In this document: in pieces, positions 1 through 8,624 of the stretch | Layout: each line of letters opens with the position of its first letter | Position numbering within the stretch: position 1 is the stretch's first letter | Assembly (NCBI GenBank): GCA_965249185.1 | Contig: CBDFLS010000002.1 | Location: 205,594-269,593, forward strand | DNA from: Dehalococcoidia bacterium | GTDB lineage: Bacteria; Chloroflexota; Dehalococcoidia; Lucifugimonadales; Australimonadaceae | Direction of reading: 5' to 3' | Length of the DNA: 64,000 bases | Position numbers and translations under genes: made by a program | Notes under the pieces: model-generated | The model's database searches: none | The model's input: only the letters and a program-made list of their open reading frames with translations | Told to the model about the DNA's origin: nothing

Positions 1-1121
1 TTCTCCGGCCGGGTGCTCAGATAGATGTCGTAGTCGGAGAACCCGTAGGCGCCCAGCAGATCGAAGGTGAAATCCAGAACGCCCACCACCTCCTCCTCCA
101 CCTGCTCGGGCAGGCAGAAGATATGGGCGTCGTCCTGGGTGAAGCCGCGGACGCGCAGGAGGCCGTGGACCACGCCGCCCCGCTCGTAGCGGTAGACGGT
201 GCCCAGCTCGGCGAGCCGCATGGGCAGCTCGCGGTAGGAGCGCTTGGCGGAGCGGTACACCTGGATGTGGAAGGGGCAGTTCATGGGCTTGACGTAGTAG
301 GCCTGCCCGTCCACGTCCATGGCGTCGTACATGCTCTCGCGGTAGAAGTCCAGGTGGCCACTGGTGCGCCACAGATCCTCGCGGCCGATATGGGGCGAGT
401 AGACCAGGTCGTAGCCGCGGGCCAAGTGCTGCTCGCGCCAGTGGTCCTCCATGATCGCGCGGACCCGTGCCCCCTTGGGGTGCCAGATGATGAGGCCCGA
501 GCCGACCTGCTCCGAGGTGGAGAAGAGCTCCAGCTCCCGGCCCAGGCGGCGGTGGTCGCGGCGGCCGGCCTCCTCGATGCGCTGGAGATACGCATCCAGC
601 TCGCCCTGGGACTCCCATGCGGTGCCGTAGATGCGTTGGAGCATGGCGTTGCGCTCGTCGCCGCGCCAGTAGGCGCCCGCCACGCTCATCAGCTTGACGG
701 CCGGTATCTGGCCCGTGGACTCCACGTGGCGGCCCCGGCACAGGTCCAGGAAGCCACCGTGACGGCAGGTGGTGATCCGCTCCCCCTCCGGCAGGTCGTC
801 GATGATCTCCTGCTTGAAGGGCTGGTCCGCGAAGAGCCCCCTGGCCTCCTCGCGGGTCACCTCGCCCAGCTCGAAGGGCAGGTCCTTGCCGATGCGCTGT
901 CGCATAAGGGCTTCGATGGACTCCATGTCCTCCGGCGTGAAGGGCCGGGGCGCCTGGAAGTCGTAGTAGAACCCATCTTCGATGGGCGGGCCGATGGCGT
1001 ACTTGGTCTCGGGGAAGAGCTCCACCACGGCGTCGGCCATCACGTGGGAGGCGGAGTGGCGGATGCGGAACCGCCGGTCCTCCAGCGCCTGCTCTTCAGG
1101 GGTCAGTTGCTTCTCGGGCAT
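1..1121 (-). CDS. thrS: threonine--tRNA ligase, N-terminal ~373 codons (3' end runs off the window start)
   Basis: Absent from the ORF track because it is open to the window edge. My reverse-strand translation from ATG at 1121 reads MPEKQLTPEEQALEDRRFRIRHSASHVMADAVVELFPE...HRRLGRELELF...KPMNCPFHIQVY...LRVRGFTQDDAHIF, typical of ThrRS. The + strand ORF 123..1172 is its antisense shadow. Confidence 0.9.
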   Translation of the reverse strand, partial: MPEKQLTPEEQALEDRRFRIRHSASHVMADAVVELFPETKYAIGPPIEDGFYYDFQAPRPFTPEDMESIEALMRQRIGKDLPFELGEVTREEARGLFADQPFKQEIIDDLPEGERITTCRHGGFLDLCRGRHVESTGQIPAVKLMSVAGAYWRGDERNAMLQRIYGTAWESQGELDAYLQRIEEAGRRDHRRLGRELELFSTSEQVGSGLIIWHPKGARVRAIMEDHWREQHLARGYDLVYSPHIGREDLWRTSGHLDFYRESMYDAMDVDGQAYYVKPMNCPFHIQVYRSAKRSYRELPMRLAELGTVYRYERGGVVHGLLRVRGFTQDDAHIFCLPEQVEEEVVGVLDFTFDLLGAYGFSDYDIYLSTRPE

Positions 1122-1124
1122 GGG

Positions 1125-1182
1125 TCACCTCGCGCATCCGGTACGAGGGGATGCGAGTGCAGGATTTCGTAATGGCATGATA
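1125..1182 (-). promoter_or_regulatory. thrS 5' leader: -10-like TATCAT (1177-1182), hairpin GCATCC-CCUCGUACC-GGAUGC (1134-1154), SD GAGGUGA (1125-1131)
   Basis: Read directly on the minus strand. The loop core CUCGUAC resembles a tRNA-Thr(CGU) anticodon loop. Confidence 0.35.
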
Positions 1183-1261
1183 CGGGAGGCGAGGCCGGCA
1201 AGCAAAGGGCGGGCAGGTGAAAGGCTGCTGAGAATGAGATGGCCCGCGCCCGCCGGCCCGG

Positions 1262-3562
1262 CTAGTCCCCCGCCACGGTTGCCTGGGCGCCCTCCCGCTC
1301 CCGGATGGCCCAGAAGACGCGCTCGGGCGTCATGGGGAGCCGGCGCATGCGAACGCCGGTCGCGCGGGCTATGGCGTTGGCCAGCGCCGCCGGCGGCGGC
1401 ACGATGGGCACCTCGCCGACGCCCCGGGCGCCGTAGGGCCCAGCCGTGGCGGGCACCTCGATGAGCTCCGTGTCGATCATGGGCAGGTCCAGCGCCGTGA
1501 GCATGCGGTAGTCCAACAGCGCCGGGTTCCGCAGCACGCCGCGGTCGTGGGCGTAGTACTCGCTGAGGCCCCAGCTAATGCCCTGGTAGGCGCCGCCCTG
1601 GAGCTGGCCCTCCACCTGCTGCGGGTTGATGGCCTTGCCCACGTCCTGGAAGGCGGTGTAGCGGAGGATGGTGACCTTGCCCGTCTCCGAGTCCACCTCC
1701 ACGTCGGCCAGGTGGGCCGCGAAGGTGGGGGCCGGAGGCTGGCGGGTGGTGGCGCCGTGGCCCACCACCGGGCCGTTGTTGCGCCGCACGCTGAGCCGGG
1801 CCACCTCCCGCCAGGGCATGTGCTGCTCAGGGTTCTCTCGCACCCGGAACACCCCGCCGGCATAATCGACGTCCGCCGGCTCGACCTTCATCTGAGCTCC
1901 TGCGTGGGCGCTCATCTGCCCCAGCACCGACTTGCAAGCCTCGTAGGTGGCGAAGCTCATGGTATAGGTGGTGCGACTCCCGGCGCTCAGGTCCGTGTAG
2001 GGCGACGAGTCAGTATCGGTGACCCGGGCGTGCACGTCCTCCAGGGGTATCTGCAGCTTCTCGGCCACCATCTGCTGATGCGTAGTGCGAGTGCCCGTGA
2101 GGTCTACCTGCCCCGACTGATGGGTCACGGTGCCGTCGGGGTGCACGGTGACCAGCGCCGACGAGGTCATGCCGGCCCCGCCCCAAAAGCCGAGCGCCAG
2201 CCCGCGGCCCCGGTTGGGGCCCTCCAGCGGTGCGTTCCAGTGCGGATGCTTCCCGATCCGCTCCAGCACCTGTTTCAAGCCGACACGGTTGAGAGGCTGG
2301 TCGTTGGTCATCAGGTCGCCCTCCTCCACCGCGTTGAGCTTGCGGAACGCGAGGGGGTCGATGTCCAGACGAGTGGCCACCTCGTCCATGTGGGCCTCCA
2401 CCGCGAAGCCGGCGGGGGTGCCGCCCGGCGCCCGGTAGGCCTGGACGCGGGGCTTGTTGGTGAGCACGTCGAAGGCCTCGATGCGAAGGTTGTCCACCTT
2501 GTAGGGCCCGAAGCTGACCACGGAGGCGCCCGCCGTGGGGCTGCCTGGCAGACACCCGGAGTCGTAGACCATGCGCGTGGAGCACGCGAGCAGCTTGCCA
2601 TCCTTGCGGGCGCCCGTCTTCACCGTGATGTAGGCGGGCGAGCCGGGGCCGGTGGCGCGAAACACCTCATTGCGGCTCATGACCATCTTCACCGGACGGC
2701 CCGTCTTCCTGGCCAGCATGACCACCAGGGGCTCCAGAATGGTGTATATCTTGCCGCCGAAGCCGCCGCCGATCTCCAGGGGAACGATGTTCATCTTGTC
2801 CTGGGGCAGCTCCAGCAGCGCGGTGAGCTGGCGCTGGGCGTTGAAGGTGCCCTGCGTGCTGGTCCACACCGTGACGCGGCCGCTCGGGTCCACGTCGGCG
2901 ATGCACGCCTGGGGCTCCATGTAGCCCTGGTGGACCATCATCGTCTCGTAGCTGGTCTCCAAGACCAGGTCGGCCTCCCGGAAGGCCGACTCCACGTCGC
3001 CTCGGCCGCTCTCAGTGATCATGGCGATGTTGCTCGGCTCCGTCGGCGGCTCCCCCAGCGTCCTGGTGATGAGGCCGGGGAGCACCAGCGGAGCGCCCGG
3101 CTCCATGGCCTGAAGGGCGTTCTCCACGGGCGGCAGCACCTCGTACTCCACCTCCACCAACTCCGACGCTTCTTGCGCCACCTCGAGCGCCGTGGCGGCC
3201 ACCACCGCGATGGTGTGACCGTCGAAGAGCGCCTTGTCGTGGGCGATGGTCAGGACGCGCAGGTGCTCCAAGGCGATCAGCAGCTCACCCCCGAAGGTAA
3301 CCCCCGTCTCGCCCACCTCGGGCAGGTCCTTCCGCGTGATGACCCCCTTGACGCCAGGAAGCGCCTCCGCTTTAGAGGAATCGATGCTCACGATGCGTGC
3401 GTGGGGATGCGGGCTGCGCGCCGCCACGGCGTGGAGCATGCCCGGCAGCTTCATATCGGCGCCGTAGACGGCCCTGCCCGTGACGCGCTCCACGGCGTCG
3501 GTCTTGGGCGCCCGCCGGCCGATGTGCTTGAACTCCCGCCGGCCGTCACCGCTGGTGGTCAC
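1262..3562 (-). CDS. molybdopterin-binding large subunit of a xanthine dehydrogenase / aldehyde oxidase family enzyme (CoxL-like, no CODH signature)
   Basis: The 772-aa ORF has typical family blocks (GGGFGGK, QAYRAPGG, GVGE). I prefer the GTG start at 3562, preceded by AGGAGG, over the TTG at 3580. Confidence 0.85.
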   Translation of the reverse strand: MTTSGDGRREFKHIGRRAPKTDAVERVTGRAVYGADMKLPGMLHAVAARSPHPHARIVSIDSSKAEALPGVKGVITRKDLPEVGETGVTFGGELLIALEHLRVLTIAHDKALFDGHTIAVVAATALEVAQEASELVEVEYEVLPPVENALQAMEPGAPLVLPGLITRTLGEPPTEPSNIAMITESGRGDVESAFREADLVLETSYETMMVHQGYMEPQACIADVDPSGRVTVWTSTQGTFNAQRQLTALLELPQDKMNIVPLEIGGGFGGKIYTILEPLVVMLARKTGRPVKMVMSRNEVFRATGPGSPAYITVKTGARKDGKLLACSTRMVYDSGCLPGSPTAGASVVSFGPYKVDNLRIEAFDVLTNKPRVQAYRAPGGTPAGFAVEAHMDEVATRLDIDPLAFRKLNAVEEGDLMTNDQPLNRVGLKQVLERIGKHPHWNAPLEGPNRGRGLALGFWGGAGMTSSALVTVHPDGTVTHQSGQVDLTGTRTTHQQMVAEKLQIPLEDVHARVTDTDSSPYTDLSAGSRTTYTMSFATYEACKSVLGQMSAHAGAQMKVEPADVDYAGGVFRVRENPEQHMPWREVARLSVRRNNGPVVGHGATTRQPPAPTFAAHLADVEVDSETGKVTILRYTAFQDVGKAINPQQVEGQLQGGAYQGISWGLSEYYAHDRGVLRNPALLDYRMLTALDLPMIDTELIEVPATAGPYGARGVGEVPIVPPPAALANAIARATGVRMRRLPMTPERVFWAIREREGAQATVAGD

Positions 3563-3572
3563 GCTGCGCCTC

Positions 3573-4049
3573 CTATCCAACCGCCCTTGCCTGGGCGGCG
3601 GCCTGAATGGCCCGGACGATCTTGTCGTAGCCGGTGCACCGGCAGAGGTTGCCCGCGATGGCCAGACGTATCTCCCACTCGGTGGGACGCGGGTTGCGGT
3701 CGAGAAGCCAGCGGGCCGAAAGGAGGAAACCGGGCGTGCAGAAGCCGCACTGGAGACCGCCCTCGTCGATGAAGGCCTGCTGGAGCGGGTCCAGCTTTGC
3801 GCCCATGGCCAGCCCCTCCACCGAGACGACCTCTTTCCCCTCCACCTCGGCCGCCAGCACCAGGCACGAGTCCACCGTGCGGCCGTCCATCAGCACGGTG
3901 CAGGAGCCGCAGTTGCCGTTGCCGCAGCCCTCTTTGGTGCCGGTGTAACCCAGGTCGTCGCGGAGCGCGCCCAGCAGGGTCTGCCACGGCTGGACCAGCG
4001 CCTCCTGGGGCTCGCCGTTGAGGGTGAAGCTAACGGGTATCTTGGGCAC
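3573..4049 (-). CDS. (2Fe-2S)-binding small subunit (CoxS-like)
   Basis: 158 aa with CGNGNCGSC and CGFCTPG...CRCTGY cysteine motifs. GTG start with a GGAG upstream. Confidence 0.9.
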   Translation of the reverse strand: MPKIPVSFTLNGEPQEALVQPWQTLLGALRDDLGYTGTKEGCGNGNCGSCTVLMDGRTVDSCLVLAAEVEGKEVVSVEGLAMGAKLDPLQQAFIDEGGLQCGFCTPGFLLSARWLLDRNPRPTEWEIRLAIAGNLCRCTGYDKIVRAIQAAAQARAVG

Positions 4050-4085
4050 GGCGTCTCCTTTCAGCGGGCTAGATGGGCCAGCGGG

Positions 4086-4958
4086 CTAGATGCCAAGGTT
4101 GTACAGGCAGCGGCGCAGGGCGCGGCGGGTGAGCACCTTGACCAGCTCGCGCCGGTACTCCGCCGAGCCGCGCACGTCGGAGATGGGGCTGGCGGCCCGG
4201 ACCGCCGCCTCCGACGCCTCCACCAGCAGGGCATCGGTGGGCCGCTTGCCGGCCAGGACCGCCTCTGCGGCGTTCGCACGCACCGGCGTGGGCGCCACCG
4301 ACGCCAGGGCGATACGCGCTTCGGCTATGGTGGAGTCTCCGGCGCTCAGGGCCACCATGCAAGCCACCCCAACCACGGCGATGTCCATCTCGTTCCGGGG
4401 GATGAACCGGAGATAGCTGGAGGAGCTGCGCTCCGGCGGCGCGGGCGCTCGCAGTTCGATCAGCAGCTCGTCCCGCCCCAGGACGGTCCGGCTGGGCCCC
4501 GTGAAGAACGCCCCCAATGGCACCTCGCGCTGGCCCTGGGGCCCCGCGAGCACCGCCACGGCGTCGTATACCAGGAGCGGCGGCGCCGTGTCGGCGGAGG
4601 GGGCCGCGTTGCTGCCGTTGCCGCCGATGGTTGCCCGGTTCTGTATCTGGTAGGAGCCGACGAGCAGCGCCGCGTCACGAATGGCCGGGTAGCGCTCCGC
4701 CAGCTCCGCGTGTCCAGCGGCGTCGGCGCAGCTCACGGCGGCCCCGATACGCAGGCCCTCGGCCGGCGAGTACTCCAGGCGGAGCATCTCAGGGACGTGC
4801 TTCACGTCCCTGACCACCGCCGGCCGTGGTCTGCCCTCCTTCATCTGGGCGATGAGGTCGGTGCCGCCGGCCAGCGGCTTCACCTGGCCGCCGGCGGAGG
4901 CCATCACCGCCAGGGCATCGGCCAGGCTCCGGGGGGCCACGAACTGAAAGCCACGCAT
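4086..4958 (-). CDS. FAD-binding medium subunit (CoxM-like)
   Basis: MRGFQFVAPRSLADALAVMA...AGGTDL...NRATIGGN pattern of molybdopterin dehydrogenase FAD-binding subunits. The start was moved to the internal ATG at 4958, because the longer ORF would overlap the divergent gene at 5078. Confidence 0.85.
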   Translation of the reverse strand: MRGFQFVAPRSLADALAVMASAGGQVKPLAGGTDLIAQMKEGRPRPAVVRDVKHVPEMLRLEYSPAEGLRIGAAVSCADAAGHAELAERYPAIRDAALLVGSYQIQNRATIGGNGSNAAPSADTAPPLLVYDAVAVLAGPQGQREVPLGAFFTGPSRTVLGRDELLIELRAPAPPERSSSSYLRFIPRNEMDIAVVGVACMVALSAGDSTIAEARIALASVAPTPVRANAAEAVLAGKRPTDALLVEASEAAVRAASPISDVRGSAEYRRELVKVLTRRALRRCLYNLGI

Positions 4959-5008
4959 CCAGCACCTCGCGAGCGAATCGGGCCCAATCGGGCCCCTAAA
5001 CCAGCCAC

Positions 5009-5037
5009 ATTGTAGAGTCGTCCCGGAGCCCTGGCAA
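5009..5037 (-). promoter_or_regulatory. sigma70-like promoter of the coxMSL-like operon (-35 TTGCCA, 17-nt spacer, -10 TACAAT)
   Basis: Minus-strand reading of 5032-5037 and 5009-5014, about 50 nt upstream of the ATG at 4958. Confidence 0.45.
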
Positions 5038-5077
5038 CGAGGCGAGGCACCGCCGAGGGAAGTAGTATCATGGGCCC

Positions 5078-7114
5078 ATGGACCTGAGCTCCCGCTTCGC
5101 CTACTCACGGTGGGACGGCACCCAGCGCGTCTTCGAGATGGACGAAGGGGCCATCATGGACGAGCTGGCCGACGACCTGATGGCCCACGGCGATGTGCGC
5201 CGTGCGTTGCGCGAGCTGTTCCAACGCGGGCTGCACGGCCCCGAAGGCCGGCAGACGGCGGGGCTGAAGGAGATGTTGGAGCGGCTTCGCCAGCAGCGCC
5301 AGCAGCAGCTCGAACGGTACAACATGGACTCGGTCGTCAAAGACTTGCAGGAGCGGCTGGAGCGGTTGGTGCAGGCGGAGCGGGAGGGCATCGACCGCCG
5401 GCTTCAGGAGGCACGGGGACAGCTCAACGCGACGGAGCGGGGAGAGCGGGCGGAGCGCCAAAGTCTCATGGAACTGCTGCAGCAACGGGCCGACCGCAAT
5501 CGGGAGCAGCTCGACGAGCTGCCCGAAGGGATGGGTGGAGCGGTCCGGGCGCTCCAGGACTACGAATTCATGGACCCCGAGGCCCAGCGTCAGTTTCAAG
5601 AGCTGATGGACCTGCTGCGGCGGCAGATGACCCAGAACGTGGTCCGCGAGATGAAGGACCGCATCCAGCGCATGGACCCGCGGGAGATGACGGAGCTGCG
5701 GGAGATGATGCGGGACCTGAACCGCATGATGCGGGAGAAGATGACGGGCCTGGAGCCGGACTTCGAGGGGTTCATGGAGCGGTGGGGGCCCATGTTCGGC
5801 GAAAACCCGCCCCAGAGCTTCGATGAGCTGATGGGGATGCTGCAGCACCAGATGGGGCAGACGCAGTCGCTGCTGGACAGCATGTCGCCGGAGCAGCGCC
5901 GCGAGCTGTTCGAGGCGATGAACGCGGTCATGGACGACGAGACCGCTCAGGAGATGGCGGAGCTGGCCATGAACCTGGGGCAGCTCTACCCCATGGACGA
6001 GATGCGCCAGCACTATCCGTTCCTGGGAGAGGAGAACCTCACGCTGGAGCAGGCCATGGAGCTGATGGGCGAGCTCCAGTCCATGGACGACCTCGAAAAG
6101 GAGCTCCAGTCGGTGATGCGCCAGGGAAACATCCAGGACCTGGACCCGCAGGAGGTCGAGCGGTTGCTGGGCGAGGAGGCCCGGGGCGAGCTGGAACGCC
6201 TGCAGCGGCTGGTGAAGGAGCTGGAGGAGGCGGGCTACCTCCAATGGAAGGGCGATAAGCTGAAGCTGACGCCCCAAGGGATACGCAAGATCGCCATGAA
6301 GGCGCTGCGGGAGATCTTCGCCCAGCTCAAGAAGGACCAGCCAGGCCACCACGAACTCCACGCGCGGGGCGCCAGCGGAGAGCTGGCCGACGAGACGAAA
6401 CCGTACGAGTTCGGCGACCCCTTCGAGCTCGATTTGCAGAAGACGGTGATGAACGGGGTGCTGCGCAACGGCGCGGGCACGCCGGTGCGGCTCACCACCG
6501 ACGACTTCGAGGTGCACCGAACGGAGCACGCGACCCAGGCGGCGACGGTGCTGCTGCTGGACCAGAGCCGGTCCATGGGGCTGTTCGGCAGCTTCGCGGC
6601 GGCCAAGAAGGTGGCGCTGGCGCTCTACGCGCTGGTCCGCAGCCGGTTCCCCCGGGACCAGCTCTTCATCGTGGGCTTCTCGGACTACGCCGTGTCGCTG
6701 AAGGGCGATGACCTGCCGGAGGCGACCTGGAACGCCTGGGTCTCGGGCACGAACATGCAGCACGCGTTCATGCTGTCGCGCAAGCTGCTCTCGCGCTACA
6801 AGGGGGGCACGAAGCAGATCATCATGATCACCGACGGCGAGCCCACGGCCCACCTGGAGGGCGACCGCCCCTACTTCAGCTATCCGCCGAGCTACCGGAC
6901 CATCCAGGAGACGCTGAAGGAGGCCAAGCGGTGCACCCAGGAGGAGATCACTATCAACACGTTCATGCTGGAGACCAGCCACTACCTGCTGGACTTCGTG
7001 GACCGGCTGACGCGCGCCACCCGCGGCCGCGCGCTCTACACCACGCCCGATAAGCTGGGCCAGTACGTGCTGGTGGACTACCTCACGAACCGCAAGCGGC
7101 GGGTGGTGAGCTAG
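5078..7114 (+). CDS. VWA domain protein (CoxE/ChlD-like) with a long helical Glu/Arg/Gln/Met-rich N-terminal region
   Basis: C-terminal MIDAS-like pattern LLLDQSRSMG ... GTNM ... MITDGEPT. About 400 aa of low-complexity coiled-coil-like sequence lies upstream. Confidence 0.8.
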   Translation: MDLSSRFAYSRWDGTQRVFEMDEGAIMDELADDLMAHGDVRRALRELFQRGLHGPEGRQTAGLKEMLERLRQQRQQQLERYNMDSVVKDLQERLERLVQAEREGIDRRLQEARGQLNATERGERAERQSLMELLQQRADRNREQLDELPEGMGGAVRALQDYEFMDPEAQRQFQELMDLLRRQMTQNVVREMKDRIQRMDPREMTELREMMRDLNRMMREKMTGLEPDFEGFMERWGPMFGENPPQSFDELMGMLQHQMGQTQSLLDSMSPEQRRELFEAMNAVMDDETAQEMAELAMNLGQLYPMDEMRQHYPFLGEENLTLEQAMELMGELQSMDDLEKELQSVMRQGNIQDLDPQEVERLLGEEARGELERLQRLVKELEEAGYLQWKGDKLKLTPQGIRKIAMKALREIFAQLKKDQPGHHELHARGASGELADETKPYEFGDPFELDLQKTVMNGVLRNGAGTPVRLTTDDFEVHRTEHATQAATVLLLDQSRSMGLFGSFAAAKKVALALYALVRSRFPRDQLFIVGFSDYAVSLKGDDLPEATWNAWVSGTNMQHAFMLSRKLLSRYKGGTKQIIMITDGEPTAHLEGDRPYFSYPPSYRTIQETLKEAKRCTQEEITINTFMLETSHYLLDFVDRLTRATRGRALYTTPDKLGQYVLVDYLTNRKRRVVS

Positions 7115-7365
7115 GGTAGTCCGCTTCCCAGGAGAGGGACGGCCCGCTTTGGTGTTGGCTAACGCCTCTCTCTGCTAAAGCAGAAAGGTGTTCGCCCACC
7201 CAGCTCGCCCTCCCGAGCTAGACTCGGGACAGGCGATGGGCCGGACACCGATGATATTGAGGCGGCAGGCAGACGGGGATATCGACGCTTCCCCATCTCC
7301 ACCACGAACACGACAATGCCCCTTGCGCGTGTGATCAGGGGGCTGTTTACTTTGCCTCGCGAAGG

Positions 7366-8330
7366 GTGCTGGAGGTCATGCAAGTGTCGCTGACCAGTCA
7401 ACTCGACCAGAAAGATAGCTCCATCCGGGCTTGGATGGACTCCACTTTCCCGAACACAGTCGCCTTCATCCGTCGCCTAAATAGGGAACAGACCTCGGGC
7501 ATTCCGCTTGCCGTCCCAACTCCTCTTGGCGTTCCGCTTGGCAGCATTGGAACGGCGTTCGATTACCGGTTGTGGTACTTGTTCGCCATCACGCCCATCA
7601 GCGATCTGGTTGCTTACCAAGGCGCCCGGCGTGTAACGGGTGGGGTGATTCGACACGACGACGTGGAGATCGAATACCCTCGATCAGTGGAGACTGTCAG
7701 CCGAGCTGCTGTCGATGGCTTCTTTCAGCAATTGATGGGGGCTCTAGGGCGTATTGGACCGATCGGCAGTGAGCTTTCGGCACCAAAAGAGACTGAATTG
7801 GCCAGGATTTGTCTCGTGCTGGCGCTGTTCGAAGAGGTGTCCGGGCTGGATTGTGGCCGGGATCCCCACTATTGAGCAGGCAAATCGACACGCCAGATGA
7901 ACTGTTATCGATCATTCCTTCTGCATCGGTTGCCGACGTCGCCGCTCTCGCGCGCACCATGTATCCAATCTGGCTACCACTCACAAAGAAGCCTTTTGAA
8001 CTCAACCCGACATTCGAGGGCAGCCCCGATGTCGGCGGTGCGGACGCCGACATGATCATTGACGGCACGCTTGTTGAGATCAAGACATCATCGAAGCCGG
8101 GTCTGGACAAGTTGACCTTGTATCAGCTGATTGGATACCTACTCCTCGATTATCGTGGAGAGCACCATATCCGGGACTTAGGGATCTATTACGCTCGGTT
8201 GGGCAGACTCATACGTGTGTCCCTCACAGAAGTGATTACTGCCGTCGCGGCCGACCCTGCTACAAGTCTTGAGCATCACCGAGCTGCGTTATGGGCATTA
8301 TTGCATCCCGCAGGCACGGACCGGGCCTGA
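7366..8330 (+). pseudogene. RecB/Cas4-like PD-(D/E)xK nuclease family gene, split by a frameshift near 7809-7875
   Basis: Two overlapping ORFs (7366..7875 and 7809..8330). The second has no plausible ATG start. It carries GGADADMIIDGTLVEIKT (D...ExK) followed by LYQLIGY (QxxxY). Local GC is clearly lower than in the flanks. Confidence 0.5.
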
Positions 8331-8489
8331 GAAAAACGATTCCCTTTTGGAACGGGCCAAATCAGGAGTTGCTCAGGAACAGATTCAGGCCCGATTGCCC
8401 AGCCCCGTTTCGGGGCGGGTTGGTCTGACGTTGGCTGTGAGGCTGGCGCGGCTTGGCGGCGCGTTGCGTAAAGGCCATCCCTCCTCCCC

Positions 8490-8518
8490 TTGCCTCACCC
8501 GCCTCATCGCGCTATACT
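8490..8518 (+). promoter_or_regulatory. pyr operon promoter (-35 TTGCCT, 17-nt spacer, -10 TATACT)
   Basis: 8490-8495 and 8513-8518. The predicted TSS falls at the start of the PyrR-binding hairpin. Confidence 0.5.
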
Positions 8519-8524
8519 CCCCAC

Positions 8525-8559
8525 GGACCTTTAAGCCAGTCCCGCGAGGCTGGCAAGGT
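8525..8559 (+). promoter_or_regulatory. PyrR-binding stem-loop (anti-antiterminator)
   Basis: GGACCUUUAAGCCAGUCCCGCGAGGCUGGCAAGGU matches the conserved PyrR binding-loop pattern (CCUUUAA..CAGUCC.G.GAGGCU.GCAAGG). Confidence 0.7.
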
Positions 8560-8624
8560 ACGCACCGGTGACCGAGGCCACCCCACGAGCGTCGTTTGGG
8601 AGGCCCCACAGCAAGCCAAGTGCA

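Noticed and set aside
123-1172. 349-aa + strand ORF and many other long ORFs opposite to, or out of frame with, recognisable genes (e.g. 1547..3772, 5105..6982, 11401..12609, 25580..26161, 30009..31760, 32586..34643, 37009..38511, 43024..44193, 45997..47841, 48589..50163)
   Set aside because: They are Ala/Arg/Gly/Pro-rich with no recognisable motifs, and they exactly shadow genes with clear family signatures. Such open antisense frames are expected in very GC-rich DNA.
1262-4958. Calling the coxMSL-like operon an aerobic CO dehydrogenase
   Set aside because: The large subunit has AYRAPGG at the diagnostic position, not AYXCSFR (form I) or AYRGAGR (form II). Only the generic Mo-hydroxylase call is supportable.
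8402-8416. Small hairpin GCCCCG-TTT-CGGGGC as terminator of the nuclease remnant
   Set aside because: The stem is short, there is no U-tract, and it lies 70 nt after the stop. It is not distinguishable from chance in GC-rich DNA.
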